Part shown: positions 9,788 to 19,725 of the stretch, piece by piece
Position numbering within the stretch: the stretch's first letter is position 1
Layout: each line of letters begins with the position of its first letter
NCBI GenBank assembly: GCA_963758525.1
Contig: CAVWVQ010000003.1
Span: 3,168,001 to 3,232,000 of the forward strand
Length of the DNA stretch: 64,000 nt
Source of the DNA: an uncultured Phycisphaerales bacterium
Lineage (GTDB): Bacteria > Planctomycetota > Phycisphaerae > Tepidisphaerales > Tepidisphaeraceae
Reading direction: 5' to 3'
Position numbers and translations under genes: made by a program
Notes under the pieces: generated by a model
The model's input: only the letters and a program-made list of their open reading frames with translations
The model's database searches: none
What the model was told of the DNA's origin: nothing

Positions 9788-9818
9788 AAGAAAAACCCAG
9801 GCACAAGGAGTGCCTGGG
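9788..9818 (-). terminator. Intrinsic terminator of pnp
   Basis: CCCAGGCAC/GTGCCTGGG stem followed by a T-run on the minus strand. Confidence 0.75.
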
Positions 9819-9851
9819 CTTTGGGGTTGACAAATTATCGACGCGACTCGC

Positions 9852-12150
9852 TCAGCGATTGTCGCGCCGGGGCCCGCGATCTCCGCCGCGCGGGGGACCG
9901 CCGCGGCCGCGATCGCCGCCACGGCCTCCGCCGTCGCGATAGCCACCGCCGCCTCCGCCGCCGCGCGGGCCGTCGTCATGACGGGGGCCGTCGTCGTGGC
10001 CGCCGGCGGGGGCGCCGACGGGTTCGGGGTCGGAAAGGCCTTCCTCTTTCATGGCCGCTTTTCGAGAGAGCTTGATGCGGCCTTGATCGTCGATGAGGAT
10101 CACCTTGACGCGAATCTCGTCACCCATGTTGACGAAATCCGTGACGTTCTGCACGTAGCGATCCGACAACTCGCTGACATGACACAGGCCGTCCGTCTCC
10201 GGCGCGATCTCGACGAACGCCCCGAAGTCCTTGATGCTGACGACCCGGCCGGCGTAGATCTTGCCGACCTTCACTTCGGCGGTCATCGCCTCGATGATGT
10301 CGCGGCAGCGCTCAGCGGCGGCGCCGTCCACAGCCGAGACATAGACGGTCCCGTCGTCCTCGATATCGATCTGCGCCGGTGTCGGCTTGCAGCTTCTTGA
10401 TGTTCTTGCCGCCGGGCCCGATGATTTTGCCGATCTTTTCCGGATCGATCTTCAGCGTCAGCAGACGCGGCGCGTACGGGCTGATCTCCTTGCGGGGCGC
10501 GCTGAGGGTCTCGGCCATCTTTTCGAGAATAATCAGGCGGGCCGCCTTGGCACGGTGCAACGTCTCGCGAATGATCTTGTGGTCGATGCCCTCGGTCTTG
10601 ATGTCGAGCTGAATGGCGGTGATGCCGTCGCGCGTGCCGCAGACTTTGAAGTCCATGTCGCCGAAGTGATCTTCCTCGCCGAGGATGTCGGTCAGCAGGG
10701 CGGTCCGCTCGCCTTCCTGAACCAGGCCGACAGAGATCCCGGCGACGGGCTTGGTGATGGGGACGCCGGCGTCCATCATGGCCAGGGTTCCGCAGCAACT
10801 GCTGGCCATGGAGCTGGAGCCGTTGGATTCGAGAATGTCGCTGATGATGCGAACGGTGTAGGGAAACTGCTCGACGCCGGGCAGCACCGCGATCAGGCTG
10901 CGCTCGGCGAGCGCACCGTGTCCGATTTCCCGTCGGCCGGGGCCGCGGATCGGCCGCACTTCGCCGACGCTGTAGCTGGGGAAGTTGTAATGCAGCATGA
11001 ACTTCTGGCTGTATTCCTCGGTGAGGCCGTCCACCATCTGCTCGTCGCTGCTGGTGCCGAGGGTGACGGTGCACATCGCCTGGGTTTCGCCGCGGGAGAA
11101 GACGGCTGAGCCGTGCACGCGCGGGAGAACGCCCACTTGCGAGGAGATCGGGCGGATGGATTCGTAGTCACGCCCGTCGGGACGAACGCCGTTGAGAATC
11201 GCCTCGCGCGTCACGTGCTCTTCAACTTCGGAAAAGACGGCGCGAATCTGCTTTTGCTTCTCTTTAGTGGCGACGATCAAAGCGTAGCTTCCGTTCGGAT
11301 CGGTGACATTGGGAGCCAACTCGGCAATCACATCGGCCAGGATCTGCTTGACCGCATCGGCGCGATCGGCTTTGCCGGGCTTGCCCTTGACCTCACGGAT
11401 CTTGTCCGTGACTCGGCTCTTGATCGCGTCAACCAGCGCCGCATCCGGCTGTTTGATCACTCCAACTTTTTCCCGCGGCGACTTCGATTGCAGCTCCTCG
11501 ATCATCCCGACGATTTCGACGACCGCGCGATGACCGAATTCGATCGCGTCGGCGACAACATCTTCGGCCAGCTCGCGCGAGCCGACTTCGATCATGTTGA
11601 CGAAGTGCTTGGTTCCAGCGACCACCAGGTCCAGATCGCTGTATTCCAGTTGCTCGGTGGTCGGATTGAGCACGAACTGCCCTTCGACGCGCCCGACGCG
11701 CACATGGGCGGTCGGATGGAGGAAGGGGATGTCGCTGATGGCGACCGCGGCGCTGGCGGCGATGCCAGCGAAAATGTCCGGATCGTTCTGCTGGTCAAAC
11801 GCCAGTACGTTAAGATGGATCTGCACTTCGTCCATGAACCCTTTGGGGAACAGCGGACGCAGGGGCCGGTCGATGAGACGAGCGGTGAGAATTTCCTTGG
11901 TGGTGGGGCGCCCTTCACGCTTCATGAATCCGCCGGGAAACTTCCCGGCCGCGGCGCGGCGCTCACGGTAATCCACCTGCAGGGGGAAAAAGTCGATTCC
12001 TTCGCGGGGAAGGGCCCGGACAACAGCTCCGAAGACGACAGTGTCGGCATATTGCACGGTGACAGCGCCGTCGGCCAGTTTCGCGAGCGAGCCGGTCTCA
12101 ATGGCCAGCGTGCGCCCGCCGATCTGGCGTTCAACTCGAATTGCTTGCAT
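9852..12150 (-). CDS. pnp: Polyribonucleotide nucleotidyltransferase (one apparent frameshift near 10375)
   Basis: FFPLQVDYRE, RREIGHG, GDMDFKV and KH domain in ORF 10312-12309. The S1 domain is in ORF 9852-10331. Confidence 0.97.
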
Positions 12151-12437
12151 GAAAAATGTTCCTCTTCGGCCTCGCAATGGTATGAAATTCATGCCGGCGG
12201 CAGGGAAGAGAAAAAGTAAAAAGGAAAGTGCAAAAATCAGTGGCTTGGGCTCGGTGGATAGTGATGGCGAAGCGAACAAAACGCTCACTTGCACGCTATC
12301 CACTATCAAACGTCCACTATCAACTGCGTTTGCGTTTTCCTTTTTACTCCTTCCTTCCTTTATCGCCCTAAGGGCGTCTGCTCCCGCGCTGGATCGAAGA
12401 CGGAGGCCGAAGTCGGATCGGCGCGGGCCGGCGTATC

Positions 12438-12467
12438 AATAAAATCGGGCACGCGCTCGCGTGCCCG
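12438..12467 (-). terminator. rpsO terminator hairpin
   Basis: CGGGCACGCG/CGCGTGCCCG followed by ATTTTATT on the minus strand. Confidence 0.7.
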
Positions 12468-12477
12468 GTGGTATACG

Positions 12478-12747
12478 TTATTTTCTCAGTCCGAGTCGGC
12501 CGATGATCTGCCGATACCTGGTCCGATCCTCTCGCGTCAGGTATTTGAGCAGACTGTTTCGTTTCCCGACCATCTTCAGCAGTCCGCGCCGCGAGGAGTG
12601 GTCTTTCTTATGGGTTTTGAGGTGCTCGGTCAGCTCGGTAATGCGCTGGGTGAGCAGCGCGATCTGCACCTCGGGAGACCCGGTGTCCTTCTCGTGAATC
12701 TTGTAATCGGAAAGGATCTTGGCTTTGGACTCTGCGGCAATGGCCAT
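12478..12747 (-). CDS. rpsO: 30S ribosomal protein S15
   Basis: [13 protein letters not shown] and [11 protein letters not shown] motifs. Lies upstream of pnp. Confidence 0.99.
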   Translation of the reverse strand: MAIAAESKAKILSDYKIHEKDTGSPEVQIALLTQRITELTEHLKTHKKDHSSRRGLLKMVGKRNSLLKYLTREDRTRYRQIIGRLGLRK

Positions 12748-12798
12748 CGGTAAAAACTCCTAGACACCAGATCGCCAGCGCCAGCCGGCAGATCGGTC

Positions 12799-12804
12799 AT
12801 TGTA
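12799..12804 (-). promoter_or_regulatory. Probable -10 box (TACAAT) of rpsO
   Basis: TACAAT 51 nt upstream of the ATG, followed by an AGGAG SD. Confidence 0.55.
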
Positions 12805-13118
12805 GGAACCGTGTCGCGCGTGCGACCAAACGGTGAAGGGGAAATCGTAGTGGAGGGCGGGGGAGTTTGCAAGCAGGCAGGATCGCGTGTTTGGCGCCGA
12901 CAGGAATCCGGGGCGTGTCTGGGGGACGACGTCACATTCACGCCGGGACAGAGCGTACTCGTGCCGTCCCGGATGTTCGTCGGGTCCCGCGTCAAAGCTT
13001 CTGTCTTGCGAAAAACCCATCGGATGTGGGCGTAGCTCTTCATCTGCCGAGTTGCGCGACGAAGTCGGCCCGCAGGCTGCAAGACCACACCACAAATATG
13101 AGAGAAGGACGCGAGCCG

Positions 13119-13511
13119 CTACGCCGGCGTGGCCAGCAGCTTCTCAGCCGTCGAAATCAGCCGATCCATCTTCACCGGCTTGTTGAAATATTCACTGACG
13201 CCCAGGCTCTGCGCAAAAGTCTTGTGGCGCGAGCCCTGGTTGCCGGTGATCATGATGACGAACGGCTTGGAATCTTTGGGCTTCTTGGCTTTGATTTTTT
13301 CGAGAACGAGAAAGCCGCTGCGGCCGGGGAGCATCATGTCGAGCACAACCAGATCGGGGTGGCTCTTCTCAGCCATCTCGACGGCTTTGTTGCCGTTGGC
13401 GGCGGTTTCGATCGTCGCGCCGGTTGGCTCGAACGCCGCCTGCATGCTGGAGAGAATGTCGTGATCGTCGTCGACCAGAAGAATTTGCTTGCCCTTGAGT
13501 GTCTCGCTCAT
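13119..13511 (-). CDS. Single-domain response regulator
   Basis: ILLVDDD, LVVLDMMLP, MITG and FNKP motifs. Confidence 0.93.
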   Translation of the reverse strand: MSETLKGKQILLVDDDHDILSSMQAAFEPTGATIETAANGNKAVEMAEKSHPDLVVLDMMLPGRSGFLVLEKIKAKKPKDSKPFVIMITGNQGSRHKTFAQSLGVSEYFNKPVKMDRLISTAEKLLATPA

Positions 13512-13601
13512 AACCAACCTCCACGCCCAATCTTATGCAAGTGTCGGTTCTCAGGCGCAATTGTCAAGAAACCCGCGGGAAACGTCCGATAAATATCGGA
13601 A

Positions 13602-14498
13602 GTGAGTCAAGTGAGATCATCACCGATTGTCGTCCTCGACAGCGGTCTGGGAGGCCTCACGGTGGTGCGGGCCCTTCGCAGAGTGCTGCCGGGCGAGGAC
13701 ATCGTCTATTTCGGCGACACCGCCCGTCTTCCCTACGGCTCAAAAACAGCAGCGACGGTCACCGGTTTCGTCAGGCAGATCATCGGCTACCTTGAGCCGT
13801 TGCGGCCCAAGCATGTGGTGATCGCCTGCAACACCGCAACGGCGCTGGCGCTGCCGGCAATGCGCGCCCAATTTCCGGGTTTGTCGATCAGCGGCGTGAT
13901 CGATCCGGGAGCGAAGGCGGCGATCATTGCCGCGGGGGCCAAGGCGTATCCGATCCTCGGCATCATCGCTACCGAAGCCACGATCCGCTCCAAAGCGTAT
14001 GAGCGTGCGATCCACCGGCTTCGACAGCACGCGCGACTGCTGCTCTGTGCGACGCCGTTGCTGGTGCCGATTATCGAAGACGGGCGGCGGCCGAGCGATC
14101 CGCTGGTGCAATTGGCACTGGCGCAATATCTGGCGCCGTTGCTCAAGCACAAAATGGATGTGCTCGTGCTCGGGTGCACGCATTATCCGATCTTCAAGGA
14201 TCTGATTGTCGAGAAGGTTGGCGCACGCGTTCGCGTAATTGACTCAGCCGAGAAGTGCGCCGATGATGTCGCGCGACGCCTCAAGGGCGGCTCGTTGCTT
14301 CGCGCTGAAGCTGCATCGGACGGCGGCATGCACGTTCGGCAGGGAATATTGCGGTGCTTTGTCACGGATGATCCCAAGCGATTCGCGGCGCTGGCTCCGC
14401 GGTTTTTGGGCTGTGGAATCGGAGCGCCGACCCTGGTTTCGCCTGAAGAATTGGCCGCTCAACGCGCCGCGGTGATGCCAATCAGCGTGCCGGCGTAG
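13602..14498 (+). CDS. murI: Glutamate racemase
   Basis: DSGLGG, PYGSK, ACNTAT and LGCTHYP motifs. Confidence 0.95.
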   Translation: MSQVRSSPIVVLDSGLGGLTVVRALRRVLPGEDIVYFGDTARLPYGSKTAATVTGFVRQIIGYLEPLRPKHVVIACNTATALALPAMRAQFPGLSISGVIDPGAKAAIIAAGAKAYPILGIIATEATIRSKAYERAIHRLRQHARLLLCATPLLVPIIEDGRRPSDPLVQLALAQYLAPLLKHKMDVLVLGCTHYPIFKDLIVEKVGARVRVIDSAEKCADDVARRLKGGSLLRAEAASDGGMHVRQGILRCFVTDDPKRFAALAPRFLGCGIGAPTLVSPEELAAQRAAVMPISVPA

Positions 14499-14520
14499 GT
14501 TAAAGTTCGGTTCACAACCT

Positions 14521-14600
14521 CACGCCGAGTCTGAGGTAATCCGAAGGCTCGGATCGGACGCCGAAAATCCGAGCCTTCGGAGTACCTCAGACTCGGCGTG
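14521..14600. repeat. 34-bp inverted-repeat element, copy 1
   Basis: Arms 14521-14554 and 14567-14600 match at 33/34. Second copy at 19576-19656. Confidence 0.9.
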
Positions 14601-14652
14601 GCAGCTGGATTTGCCGCTTTAAAACCGTACTCAAACGCACAAAGTTGATCTG

Positions 14653-15443
14653 ATGCGACCAAAGTTATCTCTCCTCCTTCTCGTTTTTTTATCGACCGCG
14701 CTCGGCTGCGCAAAACCGCCCGGCCGATATCGACGCCCACTCGAATGAGCCGCGCTTCGCCGATGTGGATGAGGACGTCGCGCCCCCGCCCGACGTCGTG
14801 GTGCGGAGCCTCGACTACCTTGAGATTGGCATCGGCAAAGTCTTCTCCGTGATTGCGGATGTTCCGGTCAGCATCTGGGACTGGGCCCACCAGGAGAAGC
14901 CCAGCGACGCGGCCCGGCAGATGGAAGACTCCGCCTCGGCCGACAACCGCAGGCGCGGAATTAACGAACTGGTCGACTACAGCTTTGCACGCCGGGCTCC
15001 GTACACCGACCGCTATCGGCAAATCGGACTGCTCGATCCCGATCCCACCGTGCGGGCGGTGGCGATTCGCGCTGAACCGCTCGCGCGACGCGAATTCGAT
15101 CAGCGTCTGGCAGCAGGCCTTGTCCGATGTGAGCCCGCTGGTGCGGCTGGAGGCTGCCAAGGCGCTTGTGCATATTCCCAGTCCCGACGCCGCGCAGACG
15201 CTGGGGAAAATGCTGTCGGATCACTCCGAAGACCGCGACGTGCGCATTGCCGCCGCGGACGCTCTGCAGCACTACCACACATTGCCAACGGCCCGCATGC
15301 TGAGCGTCGCGCTTGGCGAGCGTGACTTCGCAATCGCCTGGCAAAGCCGTCGAAGCCTCCGCATTCTCACCGGCCGCGATTTCGGATACGACCAGGCCGG
15401 ATGGCTCGATTATTTCACGGGACCGGAGAAGCCGTTTCAGTAG
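14653..15443 (+). CDS. HEAT-repeat lipoprotein (two apparent frameshifts)
   Basis: MRPKLSLLLLVFLSTALGC lipobox at 14653 joins ORF 14765 and then ORF 14853. Contains VRAVA, VRLEAAKAL and VRIAAADAL repeats. Confidence 0.75.
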
Positions 15444-15499
15444 GATGCGGAACGCCAGTGCCGGCACGCTGTTCAGCACAACTCGATGAGGCACGGTTC

Positions 15500-15717
15500 A
15501 AACCCGAATGACGAAACCCGAAACCAGAATCAAGCCCGAATGACGAAGTCCGAATGTTGCGCTGTCGATCTACAGTATCGTACGGTTAATTGAACGACCT
15601 TCATGGCGCGGGTGGATGTCCATTCGCCCGACAACTTCCTTCGACGAATCCCCATTTCGTCATTCTGATTTCGTCATTCGAGCTTGATTCTGGTTTCTGG
15701 TTTCGTCATTCGGATTT
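15500..15717. repeat. Heptamer-TIR element, copy 1 (no ORF inside)
   Basis: AAACCCGAATGACGAAACCCGAAACCAGAATCAA at 15500-15533, inverted at 15684-15717 (32/34). Confidence 0.85.
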
Positions 15718-15723
15718 CGCCTC

Positions 15724-16677
15724 ATGCGCACCCTGGTGTTCGACAAAACCCTCTCCTTCGACCCGCGACGTCCGGAGCCGGACGTTGCCGGCGGCGATAC
15801 GCTCCTGCGTGTCCGTCAGGCCGGGATCTGCGCGACCGATCTGGAAATCTCCAAGGGGTACATGGGCTTCCGCGGCATCCTCGGACACGAGTTTGTCGCC
15901 GATGTGGTGAGCGGGCCGGACAAGGATCTGATCGGGCAGCGGGTGGTGGGGGAGATCAATATTGTCTGCGGCCGATGCGATCTGTGTCTTTCGGGCTTGA
16001 GCACGCATTGCCGCAACCGATCGGTGCTGGGGATTCTGAATCATGACGGGGCGTTTGCCGAATATGTCAGACTTCCGCGGGTGAATCTGCATGTTGTGCC
16101 GAAGACCGTCGATGACGATGCCGCGGTCTTCGTCGAGCCGCTGGCGGCGGCGTATCAAGTGCTCAAGCAGGTGCAGATCGACTCGCGCAAATGGGTGACC
16201 GTGCTCGGAGACGGCCGCCTGGGACTGCTGGTGGCGCAGGTGATCCGCGAGACCGGCTGCCAGATCCGGGTCGTCGGAAAACATCCGCAAAAACTCGGCC
16301 TGTGCGAGAAGTGGTCGATCAAGTCACGATCGGTGACCGACATCGTGCCGCGGCACGACCAGGATGTCGTCGTGGACTGCACGGGCAGCGCGGCAGGCAT
16401 CGAGTTGGCGATGCAGATGGTCCGTCCGCGCGGAGTGATCGTGCTCAAAAGCACGGTGGCGACGGGAAGACCGCTGAACCTTGCGCCGGCGGTCATCGAC
16501 GAAGTGCAGATCATCGGCAGCCGCTGCGGCCCATTCCGCGAGGCGCTGACGGCACTGGCGGAAAAGCGAATCGACGTCGCGAGCCTCATTCATCGGCGCA
16601 TGAAAATCGAGCAGGGAGTTGAGGCCATGGAGCTTGCGGGAAGGCCGGGGGTGCTCAAAGTGCTCTTGACGATGTAG
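15724..16677 (+). CDS. Zinc-binding dehydrogenase (MDR family)
   Basis: GICATD, GHEFV, CxxCxxC..C and GDGRLG motifs. Confidence 0.92.
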   Translation: MRTLVFDKTLSFDPRRPEPDVAGGDTLLRVRQAGICATDLEISKGYMGFRGILGHEFVADVVSGPDKDLIGQRVVGEINIVCGRCDLCLSGLSTHCRNRSVLGILNHDGAFAEYVRLPRVNLHVVPKTVDDDAAVFVEPLAAAYQVLKQVQIDSRKWVTVLGDGRLGLLVAQVIRETGCQIRVVGKHPQKLGLCEKWSIKSRSVTDIVPRHDQDVVVDCTGSAAGIELAMQMVRPRGVIVLKSTVATGRPLNLAPAVIDEVQIIGSRCGPFREALTALAEKRIDVASLIHRRMKIEQGVEAMELAGRPGVLKVLLTM

Positions 16678-16693
16678 CCGCCACTTTTGGCGA

Positions 16694-17315
16694 AAACCCG
16701 AATGACGAAACCCGAAACCAGAATCAAATAATCAAATCCAAATGACGAATGACCGAATGACGCAGCGGTATGAGGCAGTGGGACAGTCAACATTATTATG
16801 TATCTGCCGCGATTGATCGATAAGATGATCTAATGGAGTCCCAGCCGCTCGAATACGCGAAGCCGAGTGCGGAAGCGTCGGTTCCTTTTGCCCGCATAGC
16901 CTTGCTGTCAGCCCTGGCGAATTGCGCGGGCTTTTATTTTGTTGCTTCCCATATCGTCGTCAACGGCACCTATGGCGGCATTGACGGCCTGAACGGCTTT
17001 GGAGCAATCGGCATCACTCTCTGTAGTTTGCTGGACATCGTAGCGGTGCTCGTATGCGGTGTGGCGATGATCGCCGAGACTCCGCGGCGACGTTGGCAAT
17101 TGCTGTTGTTGCTGCCGCTACTCGCGTGGCCGACGCTTGGCCTTTTTACGCTCGGAGACACTGGCCCCTTTCCAGCCCTCCGATGATTTGTGTAGCGCGG
17201 TCACGCGCGTATTCGGCGCGAGAGATACGAGAGACGCCAAATTACCTGAACACGCAACATTCGGTCATTGGTCATTCTGGTTTGATTCTGATTTCTGGCT
17301 TCGTCATTCTGTTTT
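16694..17315. repeat. Heptamer-TIR element, copy 2 (encloses an ORF)
   Basis: Left arm 16694-16727 is identical to 15500-15533. Right arm 17282-17315 matches at 29/34. Confidence 0.8.
16833..17186 (+). CDS. Small 3-TM membrane protein
   Basis: 117 aa with three hydrophobic segments and a PLEYA N-terminus. TAAGAT lies 6 nt before the ATG. Confidence 0.7.
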   Translation: MESQPLEYAKPSAEASVPFARIALLSALANCAGFYFVASHIVVNGTYGGIDGLNGFGAIGITLCSLLDIVAVLVCGVAMIAETPRRRWQLLLLLPLLAWPTLGLFTLGDTGPFPALR

Positions 17316-17366
17316 CCGCACGACCCAACCTTCCGAATTTACCGACAGTGACATAGTATTGCGGCA

Positions 17367-18026
17367 ATGGCCAAAGATTTGGCAATCATTCTCAACAGCG
17401 GCAGCATCAATTCCGCGGTTGTCACGGCAATGGCGATGCAGCGCTATCGGCCGATCTTTGTCCACCTGGCGAGCAACCCCCAGTCCGAGTCGCGGTTGCA
17501 GGCTGCGTACGAACAGCAGGTCTCGCACTTCAAGCCATATCGCGAGCATACCCTCGTGATGCCGGCGATCGCGCCGGTGTCGGGCGGCGCGGCCGCCGCG
17601 TCAGTGGCGGCCGATCCGCGTGCCAAGGGACATCTCTCGCTTCAACTGATCGAGTTGCTCCCTCTGCTCTCGGTCGGAGCACGCCTGGCCTCGCACTATC
17701 AGGCGTCGGCCGTCTACTTTGGATTGCGGGCCGGGACACAAAGTGACGACCTTGCCACGGCGACAGAATTCGTGCAGGTGTGGAACGAATTGCTTCAGCT
17801 TCCCTGCGGTCAGCCAGACCTGGAGTTGACGGCGCCGCTCATGGAACTGGAGTTCTGGCAGGTGGTGGATCTTGGGTTTCAAACGTCAGCCCCTCTGGAG
17901 AAGACCTGGAGTTGCGATGATGACGGAGCCGAACCATGCTGGGCCTGTCGAGGCTGCCGAGCCCGCGAAGCCGCCTTTCAGCAGGCGGGGAAGCCGGATG
18001 CGCTGCATGGGGTCAGGAAGATCTAA
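17367..18026 (+). CDS. QueC-like protein with a divergent PP-loop
   Basis: LNSGSINS in place of SGGLDS, APLM, and TWSC..CWACRGC..R..AF zinc motif. Confidence 0.8.
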   Translation: MAKDLAIILNSGSINSAVVTAMAMQRYRPIFVHLASNPQSESRLQAAYEQQVSHFKPYREHTLVMPAIAPVSGGAAAASVAADPRAKGHLSLQLIELLPLLSVGARLASHYQASAVYFGLRAGTQSDDLATATEFVQVWNELLQLPCGQPDLELTAPLMELEFWQVVDLGFQTSAPLEKTWSCDDDGAEPCWACRGCRAREAAFQQAGKPDALHGVRKI

Positions 18027-18145
18027 GTGGAGCAGGTGCCAGCAGTTTCTGGACCCGCGTCAGGCTCGAAGTCCATCCGCCGGCCGAAACTGCGCTGACA
18101 CGTGTGCGCGTGTGCGCGGTTGAACCACAATCCACATCATAAAGA

Positions 18146-18154
18146 TGGTATAAT
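18146..18154 (+). promoter_or_regulatory. Extended -10 promoter (TGgTATAAT)
   Basis: Exact consensus match upstream of the gene at 18271. Confidence 0.6.
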
Positions 18155-18270
18155 TATCTTTGCGCGAGGGCTTCAGGCCGATTTACTCACGTTACACCAT
18201 CTCAACTGTCTCCATTACTGACAGTTGCACCAAGACTGGATTCCCGGTCCCCGCATCACGGGAGGCTCCC

Positions 18271-19548
18271 ATGAAAAAAACCATCGTTCTCTCATCGATC
18301 GCCCTGACGCTGGCCGGTCTGGTTCAAGTCGGCTGCTATGTCGAGCCACGGCAGCGCGTCGTCTATCGCGAATATCGTGAGGCGCCACCACCGCCGCCGC
18401 CGCAGGAGTACCAGGATCAGGAGCAGTATCGGCCGCTGCCCGCGCCGCCGCCGCCGGAGGAAGTCTCAGTCGTTGAAGGGCCCGACGTTCAGGTGACGGA
18501 ATTTCATGAGCAGCTTGCGCCGTACGGTCGCTGGATTGTCGTCGCGGACTATGGCGATTGCTTTGTTCCGGCCGACGTTAACGCCGGATGGCGGCCGTAC
18601 ACGGTGGGGCATTGGGTCTACACCGACTCCGGGATGTGCTGGGTGAGCGACGAGCGCTGGGGATGGGCGACCTACCATTACGGCCGATGGGCTTTCGTCG
18701 ACGGCGTCGGCTGGGTGTGGGTTCCCGGCTCGCATTGGGGGCCTGCGTGGGTCGCATGGCGCAATGGCGGCGGCTACTGCGGATGGGCGCCGCTCGCTCC
18801 GCGCCGCGGCGGCGTCGAAGTCGTCGAAGTCAACGAATATGATGTTCAGGAAATCCCACCGACGAATTATGTCTTCTGCGAAGAGCGCTATGTGACCGAG
18901 CCGCGCGTCTATGAACGGTGCGTGCCCCGCGAGCGCAACGTCACGATCATCAACCGAACGACCAACATCACCAATATCACCGTCGTGAACAACCATGTGG
19001 TGAACAGAAGCTGGAACGCCACCCGCATCCAACGCGCCACCGGCAGAACGATTCGCCCGGTGCAGATCCATGAAGTACGAACGGTCGATGAGCTGAAGGT
19101 GAGCCGCCCCGCGCCCCAGCCCGGTCGCAACCGCGATGACGAGCAACGACGCCCTGAAGACCAGCGACGGGCTGAGGACCAGCATCGCCCAGAGGACCAG
19201 CGTCGCACCGAGGACCAGCGCCGCGCGGAAGAGCAGAGAAAGGCCGACGAGCAGCGGCGCGCCGGCAGCAACCAGCCGGGTCATGAGCGCCCTCCGGGAC
19301 AACCTCCCGAAGCGCCGCAGCCCGGCGGCGACGCCCGAGCCGCGTACGACGCCGAAGTGCAGCAGATCAACCAGCAATACGCTCAGGACAAGGCGCAGAT
19401 GAATCAGCGCTTTGCCATGGAGCGCCGGCAGCGCCCCCCGGGCCCCGGAGCGGACGACATGATGCATCGGCAGGCGCAGGAAGCCAAGGAACTGGAGCAA
19501 CGCCATCAGCAGCAACTCAACGCCGCGAGGCGGAAGTACCGGCAATGA
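18271..19548 (+). CDS. DUF6600-like Trp/Gly-rich lipoprotein with a charged repeat tail
   Basis: GGAGG SD and VQVGC lipobox. Contains WRPY..GHW, WGWATYHYGRW and WGPAWVAWR motifs. Confidence 0.85.
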   Translation: MKKTIVLSSIALTLAGLVQVGCYVEPRQRVVYREYREAPPPPPPQEYQDQEQYRPLPAPPPPEEVSVVEGPDVQVTEFHEQLAPYGRWIVVADYGDCFVPADVNAGWRPYTVGHWVYTDSGMCWVSDERWGWATYHYGRWAFVDGVGWVWVPGSHWGPAWVAWRNGGGYCGWAPLAPRRGGVEVVEVNEYDVQEIPPTNYVFCEERYVTEPRVYERCVPRERNVTIINRTTNITNITVVNNHVVNRSWNATRIQRATGRTIRPVQIHEVRTVDELKVSRPAPQPGRNRDDEQRRPEDQRRAEDQHRPEDQRRTEDQRRAEEQRKADEQRRAGSNQPGHERPPGQPPEAPQPGGDARAAYDAEVQQINQQYAQDKAQMNQRFAMERRQRPPGPGADDMMHRQAQEAKELEQRHQQQLNAARRKYRQ

Positions 19549-19575
19549 GTTTGTGCAAAGACTTCGTTCCCAGCC

Positions 19576-19656
19576 CACGCCGAGTCTGAGGTACGCCGAA
19601 GGCTCGGATCGAGCGCCGGAGAATTCAAGCCTTGGGAGCACCTCGGATTCGGCGTG
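19576..19656. repeat. 34-bp inverted-repeat element, copy 2 (degenerate right arm)
   Basis: CACGCCGAGTCTGAGGTACGCCGAAGGCTCGGAT..GGCGTG, homologous to 14521-14600. Confidence 0.85.
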
Positions 19657-19725
19657 GCGGACGAACCTCGTGTTCTCAAGCGTGCTTAACTCAAATGGGT
19701 GCTTATGCCGGCTCTGCGGAGCGCC

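Noticed and set aside
9852..10000. Gly/Arg/Asp-rich repeats at the pnp 3' end
   Set aside because: Ordinary low-complexity PNPase tail.
12810..13110. Spacer upstream of rpsO as an ncRNA or tRNA
   Set aside because: No recognisable tRNA or Rfam-like motif by eye; it contains degenerate REP-like pieces. An Infernal scan would settle it.
13602..14498. murI in a planctomycete as a surprise
   Set aside because: Peptidoglycan in Planctomycetota is established.
15500..17315. Heptamer and other repeats as a CRISPR array
   Set aside because: No regularly spaced direct repeats with unique spacers and no cas genes.
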